Below, one piece after another: positions 28,370-37,337 of a DNA stretch of 64,000 nt. Position 1 is the first letter of the stretch; every line of letters begins with the position of its first letter. The DNA comes from an uncultured virus (IMG/VR IMGVR_UViG_3300015366_000220) (lineage: Duplodnaviria; Heunggongvirae; Uroviricota; Caudoviricetes). Under the pieces are notes generated by a model. That model did no database searches, had not been told where the DNA came from, and saw only the letters and a list, made by a program, of their open reading frames with translations. The stretch lies in the IMG/VR virus record IMGVR_UViG_3300015366_000220. One strand, 5' to 3'. A program made the position numbers and the translations under genes.

Positions 28370-29014
28370 TTACATTTTATTCAAAAAGTTTTCGAATATC
28401 TTTAATGATATTTCATCAAGTTGCTTTTGTTTAGCTTTTTTGATCTGTTCGTAATATACATTTACATCCATCTCCTTAATCAATCCATTTTCCCAGACCC
28501 ACTCTTTATGTTCCATCAATCCATTAACAAAACACCCTGGTCCTGATGGGTCTGCAACAATGTCAGCAGCAGTAGCAAGATAGAAATCATCTTGAACCAT
28601 ATTGACACCATTTACATTCTTTAATGAACCCATACCACGGGAAGATACACCCAATGTTGCTCCACCTTCCATCAAAGACTTAGCGATTTTACCCATTGGG
28701 GTATCCAATACTTTAGCTTTTCCCATGAAATTGTTTCCTTCCTTCTTTAGAGAAACAATTAGATGTGATACTCTATCTAAATTAATTGATGGTGTATCTG
28801 GATGCCCCAATTCACCAAATGCTCTATTTTTATCGATGTATTCTTCTGTATATCGTTTGGCTTCTTTTTCAAGAATTCTTGATTCATAAAGACGACCATT
28901 CCTATTCTTTTGTTCAGCAACAAGGAATGGTCCAGTAATGTATAGGCTTTTTACACCATTCTTTTCTTCAACCAACACACTTGTGTCTACAATATCTTCT
29001 CTGATTAGTTTCAT
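28370..29014 (-). CDS. 21: Prohead protease gp21
   Basis: NRNGRLY, GELGHP, GVSSRGMGS, DIVADPS. Confidence 0.96.
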   Translation of the reverse strand: MKLIREDIVDTSVLVEEKNGVKSLYITGPFLVAEQKNRNGRLYESRILEKEAKRYTEEYIDKNRAFGELGHPDTPSINLDRVSHLIVSLKKEGNNFMGKAKVLDTPMGKIAKSLMEGGATLGVSSRGMGSLKNVNGVNMVQDDFYLATAADIVADPSGPGCFVNGLMEHKEWVWENGLIKEMDVNVYYEQIKKAKQKQLDEISLKIFENFLNKM

Positions 29015-29015
29015 T

Positions 29016-29300
29016 TTAGATTCCTAATGCCTTTCTTTTACGGAGTGAACGTCTTCTTTTTATCAAAGCTCTTGCCATTTTTGCTCTGCGTTTGATCTTG
29101 GCTTTCCGTGCGCCCCTTTTTCTGTCCATTCTTTCTTTGGCAGACATACGGATGACCTTACCACCACGCATTATATAACCCTTCAATGCAGAAACTTTCT
29201 TTCGACGTTGTATTTTCCCATTACGGACACGAACGCGAATAGTTTTAGTCTTACCAGACCTAAACGTATTGGCTTCTACAATGTCTATTTCTGTACCCAT
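29016..29300 (-). CDS. Basic prohead core protein (gp68-like)
   Basis: Very Arg/Lys-rich; lies directly upstream of gp21. Confidence 0.7.
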   Translation of the reverse strand: MGTEIDIVEANTFRSGKTKTIRVRVRNGKIQRRKKVSALKGYIMRGGKVIRMSAKERMDRKRGARKAKIKRRAKMARALIKRRRSLRKRKALGI

Positions 29301-29303
29301 TAA

Positions 29304-30722
29304 TTATTTATTACTTTTTGGTGTTTGAAAGCCATGTTTAGCAAAATCAAAGGGTTGATTCCTTGGTAGATCAGCTGTTCCTGCTCTGCTATTGATAGCT
29401 TCTACTTCATCATCACCTAATAATCTATTGACTTTCATTGAACCAGATATCAACCAATTACCAGTCATGTTTGGATTTGTTTTATATCTATAATGACCAC
29501 CAAATGGTATTTGATCCGTCACGGCAGCAGTGCTTGCTATGATCTTTCCATTCTTATCTTTTCTCGCATTGGAATTAGCAACAGATTGCCAATCAACGTC
29601 AGCAGGAACTTCTACTTCTGCCCACACATGATGTGGTTCTCTTGTATCTGGTGGTAATGATCTATCACCATGAGATTTTCCGCCTATATGATGTGCTATT
29701 GGCAGATCTCCACTGTGCCAACCGGGGCGATATGCCAAATCACCAATTTTAGATTTTACTTTATTAGGTGATTTGCCTCTCTCACCACTTGATGCATTTA
29801 TCCATTTTCCCATTTCAACTGGGCTATTTGCATCAACGTATAATGGATATATTTTCCCTTGATGTTGTGCACCTTTCTTTACTTGAAATAGTTTATACGC
29901 AGTTACTGTTTTTTGTGGGATATTTCCAGCATCTGATGGCTGAATATCTTCATTTATAAAGTGACCATCGAATTCTTCATTGTGTATCTCTGTTCCTACA
30001 ACTGCACCAATACCTTCATGCGCAGTATATGGTACAGAAAATGCTAATCCGAGTTTATCATTAGTATACAATGCAACACGTCTCCCATCAGGAAACTGTC
30101 TTATTGCTGTTCTCTTTAACACCAACATTGCTGGTGGTTGGAAATTACCATTGACAGATTCGCTAATCTGTTCTTTATCTGTTATTATGAATGATTCTTG
30201 TTGATTTGCTCTCTGATCCGTTCTTGCTTTTTTAGCAGCTGCATCCGCAGTTTGTTTGGCTGTCTTTTCTATATTTGTTAATATTTGATTTGTTTGTGAT
30301 TGTTGTCTTCTCTGTAGAGCAGTGAGTGTTCTAGCAACATTGACTGCTTTGTCTACTGGAATATCAGCACCCAAAAGAGGATCAGGGAATCCTGTTGAAT
30401 TTATGTCTCTTATCTGTGTCTGTTGTCTCGGATTCAATCTTGACACGGCACTTGCATATCGTATTGATGGATTTTTTTGCAAAGTGTCTGTTAGCTTCTC
30501 ATACGCACTAACAGCAGAAGATGGACTGAATGACATATCCCCAGACGCAGCTCTAGTAGCTTGAGTCAATGCACTCATTTTTTGTGAGAGCGTATTATGT
30601 GCTTCACGTTTTTTGGCTAAAGCAGCTTGGCTCTTTGATACTATAGTTTGTTTGGCATCCTGATCATCCTGATCATTTTGGCTATATTCCAATAGTCTTT
30701 GTCTAAGAGTCTTTAACTTCAT
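29304..30722 (-). CDS. Putative prohead core/internal protein with appended C-terminal globular domain
   Basis: Between gp67 and gp68; PPAMLVLKR..IRQFPDG segment; C-terminal AYKLF...RPGWH...VWAEVE...YRYKTNPN domain. Confidence 0.65.
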   Translation of the reverse strand: MKLKTLRQRLLEYSQNDQDDQDAKQTIVSKSQAALAKKREAHNTLSQKMSALTQATRAASGDMSFSPSSAVSAYEKLTDTLQKNPSIRYASAVSRLNPRQQTQIRDINSTGFPDPLLGADIPVDKAVNVARTLTALQRRQQSQTNQILTNIEKTAKQTADAAAKKARTDQRANQQESFIITDKEQISESVNGNFQPPAMLVLKRTAIRQFPDGRRVALYTNDKLGLAFSVPYTAHEGIGAVVGTEIHNEEFDGHFINEDIQPSDAGNIPQKTVTAYKLFQVKKGAQHQGKIYPLYVDANSPVEMGKWINASSGERGKSPNKVKSKIGDLAYRPGWHSGDLPIAHHIGGKSHGDRSLPPDTREPHHVWAEVEVPADVDWQSVANSNARKDKNGKIIASTAAVTDQIPFGGHYRYKTNPNMTGNWLISGSMKVNRLLGDDEVEAINSRAGTADLPRNQPFDFAKHGFQTPKSNK

Positions 30723-30900
30723 GTGTTGGTTCTTCTGTTGATGGCATTAGTAATGTTGATGCAACTTCCACTTTCTTAGCTTCAAGCGCGTCACCTACTT
30801 TGCCAGCAATAGCAGATTCTATTCCAGATTGGAAAGTATCTCTATCTCCTGCTAAAGCTGCGCGTACTGTATCTATCATAGTCATATTATTCTCCGACAT
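30703..30900 (-). CDS. Prohead core protein (gp67-like)
   Basis: 65 aa, KVGDALEAKKVEVA; directly after the portal gene; CTAAATA upstream. Confidence 0.7.
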   Translation of the reverse strand: MSENNMTMIDTVRAALAGDRDTFQSGIESAIAGKVGDALEAKKVEVASTLLMPSTEEPTHEVKDS

Positions 30901-30915
30901 ATATTAAATATTTAG

Positions 30916-32469
30916 TCATTGTTGATCTGGTGGGGTAATTCCCAATTTCTTCATCATCTTCAATTGTTCAGCTTGCTGTTCAATTGCGGCAATCTGATCC
31001 TCTTGAATTTGCTCATCCACCTTTTCTTGCTCATCTTCATCCATTCTTATTATGTTCTTTTTCACCCATTCATTAGAGTAATACATACCAACATATGGAG
31101 TGATCGTCTGTAACAGAGTTAATCTTTGTGTCAATAGTTCTGCTTCTTTTAATTCCGTGAAATTATTATCTTTCAGGAAGTTATAATGGATGTTCTCTCT
31201 AAGTTCTTTCCATTCATCAATCGAACAGATTCCTTTTAGAGCAAGTTGCCTCTGCATTAATTCATCAAATAATGTAGAGAATTTAGCGCGTAATCTATCA
31301 ACAAATTTTGTGAATTTTAATTCGTCTCTGGTGATTTCTGTAGTTCTACCTAACATGAATCCCTGACCCTGATCCAATCGTGTAACAGGAACATTTAATG
31401 ACTTGTTTAGTTTCATTTCAAAATATTTAACGTCGGCCAATTCACCGAGATTTTCTCCAGCAGGTAGAGTAGTGATTTCTGTAGATTTACCCTCACCTCT
31501 TCGTGGAATCCAGAAATCTTCCATCATAGATAAGAATTTCCTATCATCTTTCACTGTTCCTGTTGTCGGATCATATGTGACTTTATTTCTGAATTTTGTC
31601 ATAATATCATTTAGATATTGCTCTGCCTTTACTTTTGGCATGTTAGCAACATCAATATAGAACACTCTTCGTTCTGGTGCTCTTGATATTCGATATATCA
31701 CTATAGCATCTTCAATCATTCTTAACTGATTGAGTGGTTTTATTGCTTTATGTAAGTATGATAGAACCATTGTACGCTTTGCGTCCATCAATCCAGAATT
31801 TACATTGACGATGGCATCAGTTGCAATTTTTATCCCTGCATCTGTTGGTGATGTAGTTATTGATTGTCCTTGTGTGGTGGCTTTATCATTATAGATATAG
31901 AATTCTTGTGTGCCGCCAACGATATCAACACCAGTTCGTGGATCTTTTGTCTTTATGACAGATCGTATCTTTTTTACTTTTCTTGGGTCTAAGTATAGTA
32001 ATTCCTGAATCCCTAATTTTGGCTGTGATTCGTCTATCAACACTTGATAGAATAATCTACCATCAATATACCATCTCTTGAAGATATCATATCCATCATT
32101 TGAGAAGTTCAGAAGCTTTAGTATATTTGCAAATTCTATTCTGAATAATTCTTTAATATTATCTGGTTGCTCCAGATCATCCAATACAATACTTACTGAT
32201 TTACCTATATCATCATGTACAATTGATTCGTTTATAATATCATCTACTGCGGTTTCTATTTCTGGCTGCATAGCCATTTCGCGGTATCGTGTTATAAGAT
32301 CATTTTCGTTTTTATATGACGCTTCTAGGTCAAGATATGTGCCGAAATAACCACCAGATGCTACATTAATAGCACCATCATCCGTTAATGGTGCTGATAA
32401 TTGGGGTTGTATTTGTTGTTCTTTGTCTTGCTGACGAACAATCTCGAAACCAAAGAGTGATATTGCCAT
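30916..32469 (-). CDS. 20: Portal protein gp20
   Basis: WYIDGR, YLHKAIKPLNQLRMIED, YRISRAPERRVFYIDV, EDFWIPRR. Confidence 0.97.
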   Translation of the reverse strand: MAISLFGFEIVRQQDKEQQIQPQLSAPLTDDGAINVASGGYFGTYLDLEASYKNENDLITRYREMAMQPEIETAVDDIINESIVHDDIGKSVSIVLDDLEQPDNIKELFRIEFANILKLLNFSNDGYDIFKRWYIDGRLFYQVLIDESQPKLGIQELLYLDPRKVKKIRSVIKTKDPRTGVDIVGGTQEFYIYNDKATTQGQSITTSPTDAGIKIATDAIVNVNSGLMDAKRTMVLSYLHKAIKPLNQLRMIEDAIVIYRISRAPERRVFYIDVANMPKVKAEQYLNDIMTKFRNKVTYDPTTGTVKDDRKFLSMMEDFWIPRRGEGKSTEITTLPAGENLGELADVKYFEMKLNKSLNVPVTRLDQGQGFMLGRTTEITRDELKFTKFVDRLRAKFSTLFDELMQRQLALKGICSIDEWKELRENIHYNFLKDNNFTELKEAELLTQRLTLLQTITPYVGMYYSNEWVKKNIIRMDEDEQEKVDEQIQEDQIAAIEQQAEQLKMMKKLGITPPDQQ

Positions 32470-32538
32470 TATTTACCTCATAATTTAATGTTGAATTGAA
32501 TCAACATATAACGTATATATGTTGATTATAATCAACCT

Positions 32539-33051
32539 TTAACCAACGTCTGCTTGTTTCGTTGTCCAATACTGGTAAGCAAATGTAACTTGATATTCTT
32601 CTACAGTATCATTTTGCCCCCAATCCAATTCTATTGGAGAAACGTCTGTTGGATACAATCCAACAAAGGTATACTGTTTCAATTTATCGCCCTGTTTACC
32701 ATATTGAAGAACATCAGCATCAGTGAAATAATTTGCAGATAATGATGTTGCAATATTTGTTTGATGTGAATTTATTTCACCCATCCAGCCTTCTAATAGG
32801 TTGCGGACAAGGAAATCCTCATCATTTATTACTGTTACTGTCCATTCTGGGAATGTCCTGTTACCAGCAAGCTTGATTTCACGACCAAAGTAGTACACAG
32901 GAACAGTACCAAGAGTAGAACCAGGAAGTTGAGCAGATTTACAAGTAAAGCTGAATTTACTGGTAAGTCTTGATAAACTTACTTGGAATAGATTAGGTCT
33001 TGCTCCGTCATACTGAAATTGACCTTGAAATTCTGATATATTAAATGGCAT
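32539..33051 (-). CDS. 19: Tail tube protein gp19
   Basis: GARPNLF, GREIKLAGNRTF.EWTVT..NDEDF, EEYQVTFAYQYW. Confidence 0.95.
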   Translation of the reverse strand: MPFNISEFQGQFQYDGARPNLFQVSLSRLTSKFSFTCKSAQLPGSTLGTVPVYYFGREIKLAGNRTFPEWTVTVINDEDFLVRNLLEGWMGEINSHQTNIATSLSANYFTDADVLQYGKQGDKLKQYTFVGLYPTDVSPIELDWGQNDTVEEYQVTFAYQYWTTKQADVG

Positions 33052-33091
33052 TTGTGTCTCCTAGAGATTCTGGTTTATTTATGCTGTAGTA

Positions 33092-34849
33092 TTAAAACTT
33101 ACCAACAACTTCATCGAAGCTTACACCAGTTCTAACAGCAACGAAATTCAATTGTATGAAATTGATACTTCTAGCTGGTTTGATATAAATGTCACCAATA
33201 AACTCATTTCTATCAATGACTTCACCAGTGTTATTTGTTTCATCACATACAACCTTATAGTCATATATGCCACGACGACCCTTCACATCTCTCAAGAATG
33301 GTTCGACAATTGACACGAACTGTGCTCTTGTAAATTCATCATTGAATTCGAATAGGCTGGATCTTGCTGCTCTAGCAATAGCCTTTTCCAGCACAATGAA
33401 CAATCTACGAACATTGATTCTGTCAAATGCCGATGGTCTTGCAAGTAATGTCTTGTCGCCATACAACATAACACCTTCTCCTGGGAAGGATACAATTGGA
33501 TTTATTCCGGTTTTGTATAGAGTGTCTCTATCTGTCTTATTTGGAACATAAGCAAGCTTAACGACATTCTTGATGTTACCACGAGTTAAACCAGCAGGAC
33601 TCCACCAAGGATCACGTTCAGCATCTGTACGAACACACAAGCCAGCAATATCACCATTTGATGGTATCCAACGATATACATCATTATACTTGTCGTACTG
33701 GTATTTCCAAGAGCTGTCCATAACAGCATAACTTGAACTTCTTCCTAATCCATCACGATACGAAGCAACATCTGTTGCTGGTGTTGATGTTTGGCAATTT
33801 GCTAGTGGTGGTGAAATAAATGCAACACAATCCTTTCGTGTTTCTACGATATTATCTATAACGTAACGTTGAACATTAAGCATTCCTGTTTCTGTGGTAT
33901 ATCCCCCAGTAAGCACTAGTGATATATCAATTTCTTCTGCATTTACAAATTTGCTGTATGAATTTATAACATTTGCGGATATAGGATTACCATCAGTACC
34001 TCTAACAAGATCAATACTTACGGCAGGATTAGCACCGTCAATGTTTATGAAAGATTTTCCAGCAGATGCCACAGTTCCCCATGCATTTGCACCAGCATTA
34101 TTAACAGTATTTACTGTGTCTGGGTGTGCTGTAGAATATATATACTTTGATTTGTTATAAATTACATCTCTATAGTAGTTAGAATTACCAAATGAATCTT
34201 TAGCATTGATTGCCTTTGATACGAAACCAAATGTTTCTAATACAGTGTTCTGTGTTCCGGTGAATGCACCATCAGCGTCAACAACAACGATGTGTAATTC
34301 GTCATTGGCTGCACCAACAGATGCGGCATAAGATGATGTTGCTGGTGCGCTTGAGAATAGCGTATTTCCTGTCCATGTAAGGAAATCGCCAGTATTTGCG
34401 CAAATATCTACTCTTAGTGAATTACCTTTAGCACCAGGATATCTAGCAGCCCAAGCACCAATTGTTGTATTGGTTCCTGTGTAGTAATTGTTAAAATATT
34501 CTTGATCATTTTTAATGGATGCATTAGCTGTCTGTGCTGGGTTTGAAACAGCAGTATTTGTAGAAGAACTACCTGCTCTCACAACTCGTAGGTCATTACC
34601 ATACGACAAGAAATTTGCAGCTGTGAAAAATGATATCGCATTATTCGATGAATATGCGGTATTATCTGGTGAATTTGGTTTACCGAAAAATTCAACTAGT
34701 TTATTTTCATTGGCAATCTGCACTGGGAAATCTATAGGCCCCCATGTGAATACGCCAGCGAATGCGCCAGTGGATGTCCCAACGGCAGGAACAACGGTTG
34801 TTAAGTCAATTTCAGATGTTACAACACCTGGAGATAGTTGAAAGCCCAT
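33092..34849 (-). CDS. 18: Contractile tail sheath protein gp18
   Basis: LSPGV...EID, PWWSPAG, FDRINVRRLF, PARSINFIQLNF. Confidence 0.97.
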   Translation of the reverse strand: MGFQLSPGVVTSEIDLTTVVPAVGTSTGAFAGVFTWGPIDFPVQIANENKLVEFFGKPNSPDNTAYSSNNAISFFTAANFLSYGNDLRVVRAGSSSTNTAVSNPAQTANASIKNDQEYFNNYYTGTNTTIGAWAARYPGAKGNSLRVDICANTGDFLTWTGNTLFSSAPATSSYAASVGAANDELHIVVVDADGAFTGTQNTVLETFGFVSKAINAKDSFGNSNYYRDVIYNKSKYIYSTAHPDTVNTVNNAGANAWGTVASAGKSFINIDGANPAVSIDLVRGTDGNPISANVINSYSKFVNAEEIDISLVLTGGYTTETGMLNVQRYVIDNIVETRKDCVAFISPPLANCQTSTPATDVASYRDGLGRSSSYAVMDSSWKYQYDKYNDVYRWIPSNGDIAGLCVRTDAERDPWWSPAGLTRGNIKNVVKLAYVPNKTDRDTLYKTGINPIVSFPGEGVMLYGDKTLLARPSAFDRINVRRLFIVLEKAIARAARSSLFEFNDEFTRAQFVSIVEPFLRDVKGRRGIYDYKVVCDETNNTGEVIDRNEFIGDIYIKPARSINFIQLNFVAVRTGVSFDEVVGKF

Positions 34850-34914
34850 GTTTTACGCTCCTATACAATGGAGATTAAGAATATCTACTTGTATTATTTA
34901 GTTTTTTATGTTTT

Positions 34915-36330
34915 TTAAGAATTATCTACGACATTCCATATCACACCATCCTCAACATAGCCATCTAATCTTGGGTCTGATGATCCATCTATAAATATGG
35001 GAGAAGGTAATGATTCATCTTCAATTTGCTGCATTCTATCTCTATATAGCTTTTCTTTCATATTGACATTGGTTAATTCCGAGAAAAATTGCTGGTTTGT
35101 GAGCCATGCAAATAAAACTAAACACATCACGGTATCATCATTGGAACCTTCCTCCGCCTCAAAACTATTATTTTTGGATATAAAGGTTGATAGTTCTGCG
35201 ATAGTATCAAAATCAGTTATCAATAATTTCTGATCTTCTATTAAGTTCTTTAGGATAGAGCATCCAAGGCGTTTAACGGATTTGGTTGTCCTGATCCCAC
35301 GGAATGATTTATTACCATATCCCCACGTAACAGATATCTTTTTTTGTATTTCTACTGTGGATAATATGTTCTCATAATCATATTCATCAAATAATATATC
35401 AATCACTTGTTGCCCATTATCATTAATTTCACCCAGAACATATGCTTGATTATAATAATCACACATCTTCTTAATTACAGCAGGATATACCATGGGACTC
35501 ATTTCATTATCCCTGAAAGTAGCCACTAGTTTATATGGTATCTCTGTGCAGTCTATTAGACTTATTGCATGATAATCCAACCCCTTTCCTCTGGATGTAT
35601 CCACAACAGCAACATAATTATGTCCTTTTACTGGATTTTCGTATATTTTTATTCCATTGTCTGATAAGTGTATTGGTTTGACGAATGCCAGAGACTTTAG
35701 TGCTCTTGCAGATATTAATGTGCCAACACTTCCCATGAATTCAACTTCAACTTCCTGTAGATATTGTTGTTCTCCCAATGCAGCTCTTTGTTCATCCGCC
35801 CATTTTTGGGTTCTGCCGGGCACATCACTCCAATGCACGGAAATAGGCGTAAACCCATTAATACCCTCAACTGCTTCTGTCCACCTCTTGTAGAAATGGT
35901 TCATACCACACGGGGTTGATGTGATAATAATCTTTGTCGTTTCACCAGATGATATTGTCGGATATACGGATGTAAAGAATTCATCTGCTAAATTAGTAGG
36001 CACGAATGCAAATTCATCAAGATATAGGCAGTTATGTGATACTATACCGTTAGAAACATATGAGTGTGTATCTTCGACATTTAGGAAATCGTATACTGGC
36101 TCTGGATCGATTTCTGTTATTGATTTTATCTGTTTACCACCATATACATATTCGTCGGATTCCAAAAATCCTGCTTCAATATATTCTCCATATGCATCCA
36201 TTATAAGATGTTCTGGAGTACAACAAATACACTCTCCGCAGTAAAAATCTATTCTTATTAGTGTCTGTGGGATTCCTCTGGAGAGAATACCATCAAATGA
36301 TTTGAACCCTTGCTCTGTTAATATTTTCAT
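34915..36330 (-). CDS. 17: Terminase large subunit gp17, C-terminal gene: 100-aa IntC of split intein 2 plus C-extein (Walker B and nuclease domain)
   Basis: ...GIVSHN|CLYLDEFAFVP, ITSTPCGMNHFY, VDTSRG, NDDTVM. Confidence 0.93.
   Translation of the reverse strand: MKILTEQGFKSFDGILSRGIPQTLIRIDFYCGECICCTPEHLIMDAYGEYIEAGFLESDEYVYGGKQIKSITEIDPEPVYDFLNVEDTHSYVSNGIVSHNCLYLDEFAFVPTNLADEFFTSVYPTISSGETTKIIITSTPCGMNHFYKRWTEAVEGINGFTPISVHWSDVPGRTQKWADEQRAALGEQQYLQEVEVEFMGSVGTLISARALKSLAFVKPIHLSDNGIKIYENPVKGHNYVAVVDTSRGKGLDYHAISLIDCTEIPYKLVATFRDNEMSPMVYPAVIKKMCDYYNQAYVLGEINDNGQQVIDILFDEYDYENILSTVEIQKKISVTWGYGNKSFRGIRTTKSVKRLGCSILKNLIEDQKLLITDFDTIAELSTFISKNNSFEAEEGSNDDTVMCLVLFAWLTNQQFFSELTNVNMKEKLYRDRMQQIEDESLPSPIFIDGSSDPRLDGYVEDGVIWNVVDNS
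36031..36330 (-). mobile_element. IntC half of split intein 2
   Basis: Starts at its own ATG; block B CTPEH, block F VYDF, block G SHN followed by Cys+1. Confidence 0.88.
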
Positions 36331-37337
36331 TTTGGAGCAAACCCTCTAACCCAACCATCCGGAACATCTTCAGGTTTACACATCATTTTTTCTTTCGTTT
36401 CTGCGTTATAACAATATACAAATCCTTTATTGGATGCCTGTCTACCTTTTGCTGCTGCGCTCATTTTGTTTCTGGATTCCTCTGATCGACGCATTCCTCT
36501 ATGTTTTTCCGCAGTTTTTTCTATTTTTGTTGGGTTTTTGTTTATCTTATCTATATGTTCTTTAGTTTTCTTTTTACCTGATAATGATGTGGAAATCTTT
36601 TTCTTATGGTCTTCTGACTTCGGCACACCCAAAAATCTTTGTTTTGAAATTATTTTTTGGTTACGTCTTTGATCCAATATATTAGAAAATTTTTCTTCTG
36701 CCATTTTTTGTTTCATTTCATTACAGAAATACACATCTTTGTCTGGATTTCCTGCTAGACTTATTATCTGATTCTTTGTTAATCCGGTTGCGCGTATAGC
36801 ATCCACCATACTCAAATATGATTTTCCTTCTAACATGATACCATCACCAATATGCTGCCTTGTTGATTGCACCTCTGAAATCATTTTTTTGGTTGTGTCT
36901 GTGTGCTGCTTTCCATAGAATGGATTGTTTTCACCATACATAATTCTGACGTTTCCACCAATTGCAATATTATATGTATCTTCGCGGAGAGTGAATTCTT
37001 TGGTGACAATACTTGCCTCATATTTTTCCGCTTCTTCTTTACAATCAAACACACCTAATATTTTTTTATCGAATGCGCTTATACCGTATTTTTCAATGGC
37101 AAGTTTGATTAATTTACCAGATCCCATATATCCATCATTTATATTATTTGTCTTATGGAAACCAACATATATTTTACCATTCTTGGTATTTGTTATTTGG
37201 TAGACTGTGTATTTCATATCAGATTGTTCCCTAGAGCATACTTCGGTGAGTTTGCTTTTATTTAGGATATTTGATATCTCTGTGTAATAATATGCATCAC
37301 TATACTCAATACATACTTTAGTGTCGTCCGTAACGCA
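36327..37337 (-). mobile_element. IntN of split intein 2 (Cys1 at 37337) fused in frame to a GIY-YIG/NUMOD3 endonuclease (Met at 37217)
   Basis: CVTDDTKV block A; TVYQITN..NGKIYVGFHKT...GYMGSG; NPFYGKQHT and KSEDHKKKIS NUMOD3-type repeats; ends at TGA overlapping the IntC ATG. Confidence 0.85.
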
